NCBI GenBank assembly: GCA_035531675.1
Contig: DATKSL010000008.1
Coordinates: forward strand, 1,982 to 65,981
Source of the DNA: Candidatus Binataceae bacterium
GTDB taxonomy: Bacteria; Desulfobacterota; Binatia; Binatales; Binataceae
Direction: 5' to 3'
DNA length: 64,000 bases
Part shown: positions 54,587 to 63,236 of the stretch, piece by piece
Numbering within the stretch: the stretch's first letter is position 1
Layout of the letters: each line of letters opens with the position of its first letter
The notes under the pieces: generated by a model
What the model was told of the DNA's origin: nothing
Seen by the model: only the letters and a program-made list of their open reading frames with translations
Database searches by the model: none
Translations under genes and position numbers: made by a program

Positions 54587-54876
54587 GAGCGCGTCTTGTC
54601 GCCGTTGGCAACCATCTCCTTCAATGCCTGGCTGGGTTTGAAGGATAGCACGCGGCGGTGGTCGATGATGATGGGGTCGCCGGTCTGCGGATTGCGCCCG
54701 CGCCGGGCGCGCTTGTGGTTGACGATGAAGCTGCCGAAGCCCGATATCTTGACCTTCTCACCCCGGCACAAGGTATCGCGGATGATGCCCAGCACCGCTT
54801 CGAACACTTCGGCGGCTTCCTTCTTCGAGGAACCGGTGCGCTCGTAGATCAGCTCTACGAGATCGATTTTCGTCAT
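54583..54876 (-). CDS. ihfA: integration host factor subunit alpha
   Basis: 97 aa: MTKIDLVELIYER ... KISGFGSFIVNHKRARRGRNPQTGDPI. Downstream of pheT. Confidence 0.85.
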   Translation of the reverse strand: MTKIDLVELIYERTGSSKKEAAEVFEAVLGIIRDTLCRGEKVKISGFGSFIVNHKRARRGRNPQTGDPIIIDHRRVLSFKPSQALKEMVANGDKTRS

Positions 54877-54915
54877 CCCTTGAGGCGTACCGTCCCCCGA
54901 CGCGAAGCCCGCAAG

Positions 54916-57366
54916 CTATTGTCTGAGCTCGGCCCCCAGGCGCGTCCGCGCCTGCTCCACCAGTTGAGCGTGCGCGCGGTTGACCTCGCCGTCGGTGAGC
55001 GTACGGTCGCGGGCCCGGTAGAGGCACGCGATTCCCACGCTCTTTTTGCCCGGCGGCAGTGAACCACCCTCGTATACGTCAAACAGCCGCACACTCTCAA
55101 GCAGATTCAACTCCATTTCGGCCAGCGCCTGCAGCACCGTAGCCGCCGCCATCGCCCGATCGACCAGCAGCGCGAGATCGCGCCGCACCGCCGGAAAGCG
55201 CGGCGGCAACTCGATCGGCCGCTGCTCGGGCGCGCCCCAGGCCGCCAGCAAGGTCAGGTCGAGCTCGAAAATTCCACAGGCACCGCCCAGCTCGAGCCGC
55301 ATCGCCTCGCCCGGATGCAGCTCGCCGACGTAACCGGCGAGCGCGCCCCCGACCCGGATATGCGCCGACTTGCCCGGATGGAGAAACCTCAGCTCACCGT
55401 CGCCGGGCGGCTCGAAACTCGCGCGCGGCGCGCCGGGCAGCGCCTGCAGATAGCGCTCGACGATCCCCTTGGTCGTCAAGAAATCGGCCGCCACCCCGGG
55501 CCGTCCGATCGCGCTGAGCGCGTACTCGCCGTAGCTGATACCCGCCAGCCGCTCGGCTTCAGGAGCCGACTCGCGATCCTTGAGGACGAAGGCGCGGCCG
55601 ATCTCGAAAGCGTGGAAGGCGCCGGCCTCGCGGTTCAGGTTGAATTGCAACGCGGCGCGCAATCCCGGTATCAGGCTGCGGCGCATCTCGCCGAGCTCGG
55701 CCGAGAGCGGATTGGTGACTCGCACGGTTTCGCCCGCGCCAATCCCGGGATAGGCCTGGTTATCGGCCGGCGCGACGAAGGCGATCGATTTGATCTCCGT
55801 CAGTCCGCACCCCAGCATCACCTCGCGCGAGGCGCGCGCGAAAATCCGCGACGCATCCTCGACCGCCGGGCCCGCCGAGGTCCGCGCCGGCGCGATAGCG
55901 GGAATCTCGTCGAGGCCGCGCAGGCGTGCCACCTCTTCGGCCAGGTCGGCCGATTCGTTCAGGTCGGGGCGGAACGACGGCGCGGTAACGATCAACCGGC
56001 CGCGGCCGCCCGGGCGCACCGTGGCGCCCAGCGCCTTGAGCCGGCGGCTGACTTCGGCCGACGGAATCTCGACTCCCAGCAGCTTCGCGATCGCGCCCGC
56101 TTCGAGCGTGATTTCACGGGCCGATGACGGGCGCGCCTCGACGTCGACCAGCGCTCCGGCCGGACGGCCGCTGGCGATTTGACGAATGATCGCGGCGATA
56201 CGATGGAGCGCGCGGACCTGGCCGGCGCGATCGATACCGCGCTCGAAGCGATAGCTCGCCTCGCTGCGCAGCCCCAATCGCCGCCCGGTGCGCGCCACCG
56301 TCAGGGCCTCGAAGTAGGCGCTTTCGAGCAGAATGGTTTCGGTCGCGGCGCTGACCTCGGAGTTGCCGCCGCCCATCACGCCCGCCAGCGCGACCGGTTT
56401 TTCGGCGTCGGCGATCACCAGGTCGTCGGGCAACAGCTCACGGCGCAGGCCGTCGAGCGTGGTCATCTCGCGATCAGTGCCGGCGCGCCGGACGATAATT
56501 TTGCCGCCGGCGAGCCGGGCGTAATCGAAAGCATGGAGCGGCTGCCCCAGCTCCAGCATCACGTAGTTGGTCGCGTCGACCACGTTGCTCACCGCGCGCA
56601 TCCCGCTGAGCTCGAGCCGCCGCTTGAGCCAGGCCGGCGAAGGTCCGACCTTGACACCCGACATCGCCAGCGCGGCGTAGCGCGGGCACAGATCGGGGGC
56701 CTGGATTTCGACCGCGATCGGCGCCGCGGCATGGTCTGCATGGGCAAGCGGCGCGATACGCGGTGGCTTCATTTTGACGCCGAACAGGGCGGCGATTTCG
56801 CGCGCCAGTCCGATCACCGACAGACAATCGCCACGATTCGGGGTGATCGCGATATCGAGCACGACATCATCGAGCTGGAGCGTCGCAGCGAGGTCGGCAC
56901 CGGGGTCGCCGGAGGAGAGCTCGAGGATTCCCTCGTGCTCGTCCGAGAGCCCCAGCTCGCGCTCCGAACAGAGCATCCCGTCCGACTTGACGCCGCGGAT
57001 GACGGCGGCCTGCAGCGGCGGCGCCTGCTCGACGCTCGCCGCGCCACCGGCGCCGTGCACCCCCGCCCGCAGCCGCGCCCCGACCCGGGCATAGGCAGCG
57101 GTCATGCCGGCGCGCACGTTCGGCGCGCCGCAGACCACGCTGAAGCGTCCGACCGGGCCGGCATCGACCTCGCACAGGCTCAGGCGATCGGCATTGGGAT
57201 GGCGTTCGGCCTTGAGCACGCGGGCCACCACCACGTCCGAGAAAGCGGGGCGCAGCCGCTCGAGATTCTCGACCTCGACCCCGGCTGCGGTCAGCCGCCG
57301 GCCGATCTCCTCGACCTCGAACGGCAGGCTCACGAACTCGCCGAGCCAACTGAGCGGAAGCTTCAT
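54916..57366 (-). CDS. pheT: phenylalanine--tRNA ligase beta subunit
   Basis: 816 aa: MKLPLSWLGEFV start, tRNA-binding, B3/4, B5 and anticodon-binding-like domains. Confidence 0.95.
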   Translation of the reverse strand: MKLPLSWLGEFVSLPFEVEEIGRRLTAAGVEVENLERLRPAFSDVVVARVLKAERHPNADRLSLCEVDAGPVGRFSVVCGAPNVRAGMTAAYARVGARLRAGVHGAGGAASVEQAPPLQAAVIRGVKSDGMLCSERELGLSDEHEGILELSSGDPGADLAATLQLDDVVLDIAITPNRGDCLSVIGLAREIAALFGVKMKPPRIAPLAHADHAAAPIAVEIQAPDLCPRYAALAMSGVKVGPSPAWLKRRLELSGMRAVSNVVDATNYVMLELGQPLHAFDYARLAGGKIIVRRAGTDREMTTLDGLRRELLPDDLVIADAEKPVALAGVMGGGNSEVSAATETILLESAYFEALTVARTGRRLGLRSEASYRFERGIDRAGQVRALHRIAAIIRQIASGRPAGALVDVEARPSSAREITLEAGAIAKLLGVEIPSAEVSRRLKALGATVRPGGRGRLIVTAPSFRPDLNESADLAEEVARLRGLDEIPAIAPARTSAGPAVEDASRIFARASREVMLGCGLTEIKSIAFVAPADNQAYPGIGAGETVRVTNPLSAELGEMRRSLIPGLRAALQFNLNREAGAFHAFEIGRAFVLKDRESAPEAERLAGISYGEYALSAIGRPGVAADFLTTKGIVERYLQALPGAPRASFEPPGDGELRFLHPGKSAHIRVGGALAGYVGELHPGEAMRLELGGACGIFELDLTLLAAWGAPEQRPIELPPRFPAVRRDLALLVDRAMAAATVLQALAEMELNLLESVRLFDVYEGGSLPPGKKSVGIACLYRARDRTLTDGEVNRAHAQLVEQARTRLGAELRQ

Positions 57367-58412
57367 GAGAACCTTTCGACCGTGGCCGGAAACTGACCGA
57401 GAAAGCGCAAATCGTTTTCAAAGAACAGCCGCATGTCCTCGACGCCCAGCTTGAGCAGCGCGGTGCGCTCGACGCCGAGGCCGAAAGCGAAGCCCTGGTA
57501 CTCGGCCGGATCGTAACCGACCGCGCGGAAGACGTTGGGATGGATCATCCCGGAGCCCAGGATTTCGGTCCATCCACTGTGCTTGCAAACCCTGCACCCC
57601 TTGCCGGCGCACAGCAGGCACGAGATATCGACCTCGGCGCTGGGCTCGGTGAAAGGGAAAAAGCTCGCGCGGAAGCGCACCGCGGTGCCGGGTCCGAAGA
57701 AGGCGCGCAGGAATTCGGTCAGCACGCCCTTGAGATGGGCCATGGTGATTTTGCCGGAGCGGTCGACCATGAAGCCTTCGATCTGACTGAACATCGGCGA
57801 GGCCCGCACGCTCAGCTCGTCGCGCCGGTAGCAATTGCCGGGGCAGACGATCGCCAGTGGCGGCCGGCGCTGCTCCATCACGCGAATCTGGCCGTTTGAA
57901 GTATGGGTGCGCAGCAGCAGCCCGCCGCCCAGGAAGAACGTGTCCTGCATTTCGCGCGCCGGATGGTCGGGCGGAAAGTTGAGGGCCGCAAAGTTATGGA
58001 AGTCGTCCTCGATATCGCGCGTCGCCGCAATTTCGAAGCCCATCGCGCTGAAGATATGCAGCATCTGCTCGATAATGAGCGTGACCGGATGGAGCCGGCC
58101 GCGCGGCAGTTGCGCGCCCGGCAGGGTCACGTCGAGGCGCGTTTCGGCCAGCGAGCGTTCGAGCGCCGCCTGCTTGAGCTGGCCCTGGAGCACCTCGATG
58201 CGCGCCTCCAGCTCGCCCTTGATCTGATTGACGAGCTGGCCGATGGCGGGGCGTTCGGCGGGCGCCACCTCGCGCATCCGGCGCATGATCTCGGTGAGCT
58301 CGCCCGAGCGGCCGAGCACGCGCACGCGGACATTCTCGATCGCCGCCTCGGTGGCGTCGTCGGCCAGTTCGCGGAGCGCGCGAATGCGGATTTCTTCGAG
58401 CTGATCCTTCAT
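57363..58412 (-). CDS. pheS: phenylalanine--tRNA ligase alpha subunit
   Basis: 349 aa from ATG 58410-58412 (MKDQLEEIRIRAL...) with class II motifs (FRASFFPFTEPSAEVD, GFAFGLGVERTALL). The track start at 58673 is a spurious extension. Confidence 0.95.
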   Translation of the reverse strand: MKDQLEEIRIRALRELADDATEAAIENVRVRVLGRSGELTEIMRRMREVAPAERPAIGQLVNQIKGELEARIEVLQGQLKQAALERSLAETRLDVTLPGAQLPRGRLHPVTLIIEQMLHIFSAMGFEIAATRDIEDDFHNFAALNFPPDHPAREMQDTFFLGGGLLLRTHTSNGQIRVMEQRRPPLAIVCPGNCYRRDELSVRASPMFSQIEGFMVDRSGKITMAHLKGVLTEFLRAFFGPGTAVRFRASFFPFTEPSAEVDISCLLCAGKGCRVCKHSGWTEILGSGMIHPNVFRAVGYDPAEYQGFAFGLGVERTALLKLGVEDMRLFFENDLRFLGQFPATVERFS

Positions 58413-58456
58413 GGCTTTACAAGTGGCCGCGGCCGGGAGGTTTCGGTGCGACCGCT

Positions 58457-58487
58457 CAAACGAAAGACCATGTGGCATACCACATGG
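58457..58487 (-). terminator. intrinsic terminator/attenuator between rplT and pheS
   Basis: On the minus strand: CCAUGUGG-UAUG-CCACAUGG (8-bp stem, extendable by flanking pairs), immediately followed by UCUUUCGUUU. Confidence 0.5.
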
Positions 58488-58521
58488 CCTTGACAACCTG
58501 GAAGCGTCGCCGCGGGCGGAT

Positions 58522-58884
58522 TCAGGCGGCGAGGCCGAGCGCGTTCTTGGCGGTGCGTACCAGCTCGGTGAAGAGGCCGTCGCGCTCCTTGGCGAGCAGC
58601 GCCAGTTGCTTGCGATCGAGTTCGACGCCGGCCTTCTTGAGGCCGTTGATAAAGCGACTGTAGCTGAGCCCATGCTCGCGCGTCAGGGCGTTGATGCGGG
58701 TAATCCACAGCGAGCGGAAATCGCGCTTCTTCTGCTTGCGATCGCGATAGGCGTAGGTGAGGCCCTTTTCGAGCGTGCTACGGGCCTGACGATAGAGCTT
58801 GCGTCCGCCGACGAAGCCGGAAGCCAGCTTGAGCTGGCGCTTATGACGACGGCGACTGGTGAAGCCGCCTTTTACGCGAGGCAT
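58522..58884 (-). CDS. rplT: 50S ribosomal protein L20
   Basis: 120 aa: [27 protein letters not shown]...YR.A. Confidence 0.95.
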   Translation of the reverse strand: MPRVKGGFTSRRRHKRQLKLASGFVGGRKLYRQARSTLEKGLTYAYRDRKQKKRDFRSLWITRINALTREHGLSYSRFINGLKKAGVELDRKQLALLAKERDGLFTELVRTAKNALGLAA

Positions 58885-58978
58885 CGGAGTTCTGCGTCCT
58901 TCCTTGAGATTAAATCGGTCTTCAGGCTTGAATCAGCCGCTGCATCCTACCTGATTACGCGAGCGGAATCAGCCGGCC

Positions 58979-59176
58979 TCATCGAAAAGGGATAAGGGCC
59001 TTGATCTTGCGCGCGTCGGCCGCGTTGAGCACCGCCGGGACGCCCAGATGGCGCTTGCGCGAGCGGCTTTTGCTCGACAGCAGATGGCGCAAATAGGCGC
59101 GTTTGTGCTTGACCTTGCCGCCCTTGGTCACCTTGAAGCGCTTGGCCGCGCTGCGATTGGTCTTGAGCTTGGGCAT
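58979..59176 (-). CDS. rpmI: 50S ribosomal protein L35
   Basis: 65 aa: MPKLKTNRSAAKRFKVTKGGKVKHKRAY.RH. ATG at 59174-59176. Confidence 0.9.
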   Translation of the reverse strand: MPKLKTNRSAAKRFKVTKGGKVKHKRAYLRHLLSSKSRSRKRHLGVPAVLNAADARKIKALIPFR

Positions 59177-59209
59177 ACCGTTTTCCTGTCCTAATCCAAC
59201 TAGATCCAA

Positions 59210-59746
59210 CTAGCGCGGCGTGAGCAGCACCGACATATTGCGCCCTTCCATGCGGGCCAAACCCTCCGGCTGCGCGATATCCTGGACCTGCTCGAGGATC
59301 GCGTGAATCAGCGTCCGTCCCAGTTCGGGATGGGTAATCTCCCGGCCGCGAAACCAAATCGAGAGCTTAACACGCTGGCCCTCGCCGACAAAGCGCCGGA
59401 TATGCTTGACCTTGAATTCGACGTCATGCTTCTCGGTGCGCGCCCCCATCTTGACTTCCTTGATCAGGCTGGCGCTGGAGCTGCGGCGCGAGTCGTGGGC
59501 CTTTTTCTTCTGCGCGTAGCGATACTTGTCGAAATCGGTGATCCGGCAGACCGGCGGTTGGGCGTTGGATGCGACCTCGACCAGGTCGAGTCCGCGGCTC
59601 TCGGCGAGCTTGATCGCGTCGCGCAGGCTCAGGATGCCGGCCTGATGGCCGTCGACGTCGATCACGCGCACCTCGGAGGCGCGGATCAGGTTGTTGGTCC
59701 GGATCGCCGGTTCCCGCGACGGTGGCGTTCTGAAATCCCTACGAAT
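59210..59746 (-). CDS. infC: translation initiation factor IF-3, AUU start
   Basis: The conserved IF-3 sequence (...TNNLIRASEVRVIDVDGHQAGIL...) extends upstream of the first GTG/ATG. In-frame ATT at 59744-59746 lies 6 nt downstream of AGGAGG (59753-59758). Confidence 0.8.
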   Translation of the reverse strand: MRRDFRTPPSREPAIRTNNLIRASEVRVIDVDGHQAGILSLRDAIKLAESRGLDLVEVASNAQPPVCRITDFDKYRYAQKKKAHDSRRSSSASLIKEVKMGARTEKHDVEFKVKHIRRFVGEGQRVKLSIWFRGREITHPELGRTLIHAILEQVQDIAQPEGLARMEGRNMSVLLTPR

Positions 59747-59826
59747 AAGACACCTCCTGTTTAAGCGGCATCGGGCGCGGCGTCCGATGCACCGTTATTA
59801 TTACCGCTGCGGGTGCCGTGCGGCTA

Positions 59827-61740
59827 TCATGACGGCAGCGGCTCGCCCCGCAACATTTCGATCAAACCGCCGATCGTCAGCGCCTGGCTCTTGGCGCCGC
59901 GCAGCAGCCGCAGCGACACCGAGCGCGCCGCGGCCTCGCGCTCGCCGACCACCGCCATGTACGGGACCTTGGCGAGCTCCGCCTCGCGCACCTTGAAGCC
60001 GAGTTTTTCATTGCGCAAATCGGCGCTGGCGCGAAAGCCCTCGCGCTTGATCTGCGCGGCCAGCTCGGCGGCGTAGCCCTCGACCTTCTCGCTGAGCGAC
60101 AGCACCCGGACCTGCTCGGGCGCGAGCCAGAACGGCAGCACGCCGCCGGTATGCTCGAGCAGCAGGCCGATGAATCTTTCCAGCGAGCCCAGGATGGCGC
60201 GATGGATCATCACCGGGCGCGCCTCGCTGCCGGCGCTGGTGGTGTAGGTCAGGTCGAAGCGCTCGGGCATGTTGAAATCGAGCTGAATAGTCGCGAGCTG
60301 CCAGCGGCGCTTGAGCGCATCGGGGATGTCGATCTCGATCTTGGGGCCGTAAAAGGCGCCCTCCCCCGGATTGAGCTCGTAGGCCAGGCCGTTGCGCTCC
60401 AGCGCGCGCGCCAGCGTCGCCTCGGTCTCGCGCCACATGCGCTCGTCGCCGAGATGCTTGTCGGGCATGGTGGCGACCTTGGCCTCCATCCGCTCGAAGC
60501 CGAGCGCGCCGTAGATGTCGTGCACCATCCGCAGGTTGAGATCGATTTCGCTCTCGACCTGTTCGGGCGCGCAGAAGATATGCGCGTCATCCTGCGACAT
60601 CGCGCGCACCCGGGTGAGGCCGTGGAGCGTGCCCGATCGCTCGGCGCGATGGAGCCGGCCGAAATCCGCAATCCGCAGCGGCAGATCGCGATAGGAGCGC
60701 TTCTCGGCGCCGTAGATGAAGGTATGGCCGGGGCAGTTCATCGGCTTGAAGGCGTAGTCGAGCTCGCCGCCGCGATTCTCGCCGTCGGTGGTGAGAAACA
60801 TATTCTCGCGGAAATTCTCCCAATGGCCCGAGGTGTGCCAGAGCTCGTTCTTGTAGAGTTGCGGCGTCACCACCTCGTCGAAACCATAGCGGCGGTAGAG
60901 CCGGCGGATATAGTCGATTAGCTGGTTGTAGATAATCGCGCCCTTGGGCAGAAAAAAGGGTGAGCCCGGCGCCACCGGGTCGAAGATGAACAGGCCCATC
61001 TCGCGCCCGAGCTTGCGATGGTCGCGGGCCCGCGCCAGCTCCATCAGCTTCAGATGCTCCTCGAGATCCTCCTTGCTGGCGAACGCCGTGCCGTAGATTC
61101 GCGACAGCATCGGATTGTGCTCGTCGCCGCGCCAGTAAGCGCCGGCCACGCCGGTCAGCTTGAAGGCGCGCAGATGGCCGGTTGCGGGCACGTGCGGTCC
61201 ACGGCACAGATCGAGCCAGTCGCCCTGGCGATAGATTGAGACCTTCGGCTCGGGAATCTGCTCGATGATCTCGACCTTGTAATCCTCGCCCATGGCGCGA
61301 AAGCGGGCGATCGCAGCCTCGCGCGGCTCCTCGATTCGTTCGACCGGCAAATCCGCCTTCGCCAGCTCGCGCATCCGGGCTTCGATGCGCGGCAGGTCCT
61401 CGACCGTGAACGGCCGCGCCGGTGCGAAGTCGTAAAAGAAGCCGTCCTCGATTACCGGGCCGATAGTCACCTGGGTGCCGGGATAGAGGCCCTGCACCGC
61501 CTGCGCCATCAGATGGGCAGTGGAATGGCGCAGCACCTCGAGGCCCTCGGCGCTGGCCGCGGCCACCGGCTCGACCTCGGCGTCGTGGTCGAGCGCCGCG
61601 CCGAGATCGACGATACGCCCGTTGACCCGCGCCGCGACCGTCTCGCGCCGGCGCGCGCCGTCGAGCAGCTCGCGCACCCGGGTACCCCGCGGCACGGACC
61701 GACGCTCCCCTCCGATCGTCACAATGACTTCGGAGCTCAT
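59827..61740 (-). CDS. thrS: threonine--tRNA ligase
   Basis: 637 aa with TGS, editing (HSTAHLMAQA) and class II catalytic and anticodon-binding domains. Confidence 0.95.
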   Translation of the reverse strand: MSSEVIVTIGGERRSVPRGTRVRELLDGARRRETVAARVNGRIVDLGAALDHDAEVEPVAAASAEGLEVLRHSTAHLMAQAVQGLYPGTQVTIGPVIEDGFFYDFAPARPFTVEDLPRIEARMRELAKADLPVERIEEPREAAIARFRAMGEDYKVEIIEQIPEPKVSIYRQGDWLDLCRGPHVPATGHLRAFKLTGVAGAYWRGDEHNPMLSRIYGTAFASKEDLEEHLKLMELARARDHRKLGREMGLFIFDPVAPGSPFFLPKGAIIYNQLIDYIRRLYRRYGFDEVVTPQLYKNELWHTSGHWENFRENMFLTTDGENRGGELDYAFKPMNCPGHTFIYGAEKRSYRDLPLRIADFGRLHRAERSGTLHGLTRVRAMSQDDAHIFCAPEQVESEIDLNLRMVHDIYGALGFERMEAKVATMPDKHLGDERMWRETEATLARALERNGLAYELNPGEGAFYGPKIEIDIPDALKRRWQLATIQLDFNMPERFDLTYTTSAGSEARPVMIHRAILGSLERFIGLLLEHTGGVLPFWLAPEQVRVLSLSEKVEGYAAELAAQIKREGFRASADLRNEKLGFKVREAELAKVPYMAVVGEREAAARSVSLRLLRGAKSQALTIGGLIEMLRGEPLPS

Positions 61741-61797
61741 CTAAGCGACAACGGGCGCAACAATCACGATGAATATCGACCGATCAGGCAAGTATAT

Positions 61798-61872
61798 TGG
61801 TAGGCACGGGCGGGATTGAACCGCCGACCCCTTCCGTGTCAGGGAAGTGCTCTCCCGCTGAGCTACGTGCCT
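61798..61872 (-). tRNA. tRNA-Val (anticodon GAC)
   Basis: Manual cloverleaf, 75 nt: AGGCACG-UA-GCUC-AGCGGGA-GAGC-A-CUUCC-CUGACAC-GGAAG-GGGUC-GGCGG-UUCAAUC-CCGCC-CGUGCCU-A-CCA. All four stems are Watson-Crick paired and the CCA is encoded. Confidence 0.9.
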
Positions 61873-62058
61873 TTGGATTCGGGTTCTTCACTGACACCAT
61901 CAGACCCTGAAGCGGTAACAAAAATCGCGTTTTCGAGCAACCCGACGGGTCGCCGCGCGCCGTCGCGCCGGCGGAAGTTGAGGCTGCGAAGCGGGCGCCG
62001 ACGGCCTGCCGGCGCCCCGCGACCGGGCCGCGTCCGATCTGATAGGCTGGCGCGGCCG

Positions 62059-63141
62059 ATGGACCACGAGCGAATCGTACAGCTGTTCTTCTTCGGTTTG
62101 CTGGCCCTGATGGCCTACGAGCTCTACCAGGTGCTCGGGCCGTTCCTGATTCCGATCGCCTGGGCCGCGCTGCTCGCCTTCATGGTCCATCCGCTGTTCG
62201 AATGGCTCAACCGGCACGTGCGCAGCCGCTCGCTGGTCGCCGTGATAATCACGGTCGGCGTCACGCTGCTGATCATCCTGCCCGCCCTGTGGCTGCTCGG
62301 CCGGCTCGCTGCGGAAGCGCAGAACTTTTACAACGAGCTCTCGGTAATCGTGAACCGGAGCAGCAGCGGCCAGGCGCAGGCCAGCCATTGGCTTACCCAT
62401 ACCCGGATCGGGATAGCGCTCAACCGGATGCTCGCACGCCGCGGCATCCGGCTCGAGGATGAAATCTCGAAGCTCGCCTATGCGGCCGCCAAGCTGACCA
62501 GCGACTACGTGGTGCTGCACGCCAGCTACGTGGCCCGCAACGTGATCACGGCGGTGATCGACTTCGGCATCATGCTGATCACTTTCTTCTATCTGCTGCG
62601 CGACGGCAACTACTACTACCACGAACTGCGCGCCATCACGCCGCTCCATACCGAAGACAAGCGCGCGATCTTCGAGACCCTGCGGGCCACGCTTTCCTCG
62701 GTGATGCGCGGCCTGATGCTGGCGGCGCTGGCGCAGGGCCTCGCAATCGGCGTCGGCTACCTGGTCTGCGGCGTCCCGTACTGGGCCTTCCTCGCGCTGG
62801 TGACGGCGGCCTGCGGACTCTTCCCGTTCGGCGGCACGGCGCTGGTGTGGGTACCGGTCGCGATCTATGTCGGCTACCATTCCGGATGGGCGTGGGGCGC
62901 GGGGCTGCTGGTATGGGCGACGCTCGCAGTCGCAGTGATCGATAATTTTCTGAAGCCGATCGCGATGCGCCACGGGATGGGGCTGCCGACGCTGGTGGTG
63001 TTCTTCGGGGTCGCCGGCGGCCTGGCGGCCTACGGCCCGCTCGGGCTGTTTTCCGGTCCGGCGGTAATCTCGGTGTTCGTCGCGCTGTTGCGGGTCTTCC
63101 GGCGCCTTTACGGCGACGAGGAATCGCTCCAGGCCGCCTGA
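62059..63141 (+). CDS. AI-2E family transporter (PerM/YdiK-like permease)
   Basis: 360 aa with multiple TM helices and the typical layout (LIPIAWAALLAFMVHPL ... FLKPIAMRHGMGLPTLVVFFGVAGG). ATG 62059. The track start at 61816 runs through the tRNA gene. Confidence 0.8.
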   Translation: MDHERIVQLFFFGLLALMAYELYQVLGPFLIPIAWAALLAFMVHPLFEWLNRHVRSRSLVAVIITVGVTLLIILPALWLLGRLAAEAQNFYNELSVIVNRSSSGQAQASHWLTHTRIGIALNRMLARRGIRLEDEISKLAYAAAKLTSDYVVLHASYVARNVITAVIDFGIMLITFFYLLRDGNYYYHELRAITPLHTEDKRAIFETLRATLSSVMRGLMLAALAQGLAIGVGYLVCGVPYWAFLALVTAACGLFPFGGTALVWVPVAIYVGYHSGWAWGAGLLVWATLAVAVIDNFLKPIAMRHGMGLPTLVVFFGVAGGLAAYGPLGLFSGPAVISVFVALLRVFRRLYGDEESLQAA

Positions 63142-63236
63142 ACGATTGTCGCGCCGGCCTGCGCCCCATGGCTTATAACCCGACTGGCTAAGCGCCGTCC
63201 GCGGCGGTTAAACTTAGGCCCGAGAGACTCCTTTCG

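Noticed and set aside
58409-58487. A pheM-like Phe-rich leader peptide controlling pheST.
   Set aside because: The two mini-ORFs contain only one Phe each and lack Shine-Dalgarno sequences. Only the terminator-like hairpin is reported, as a low-confidence feature.
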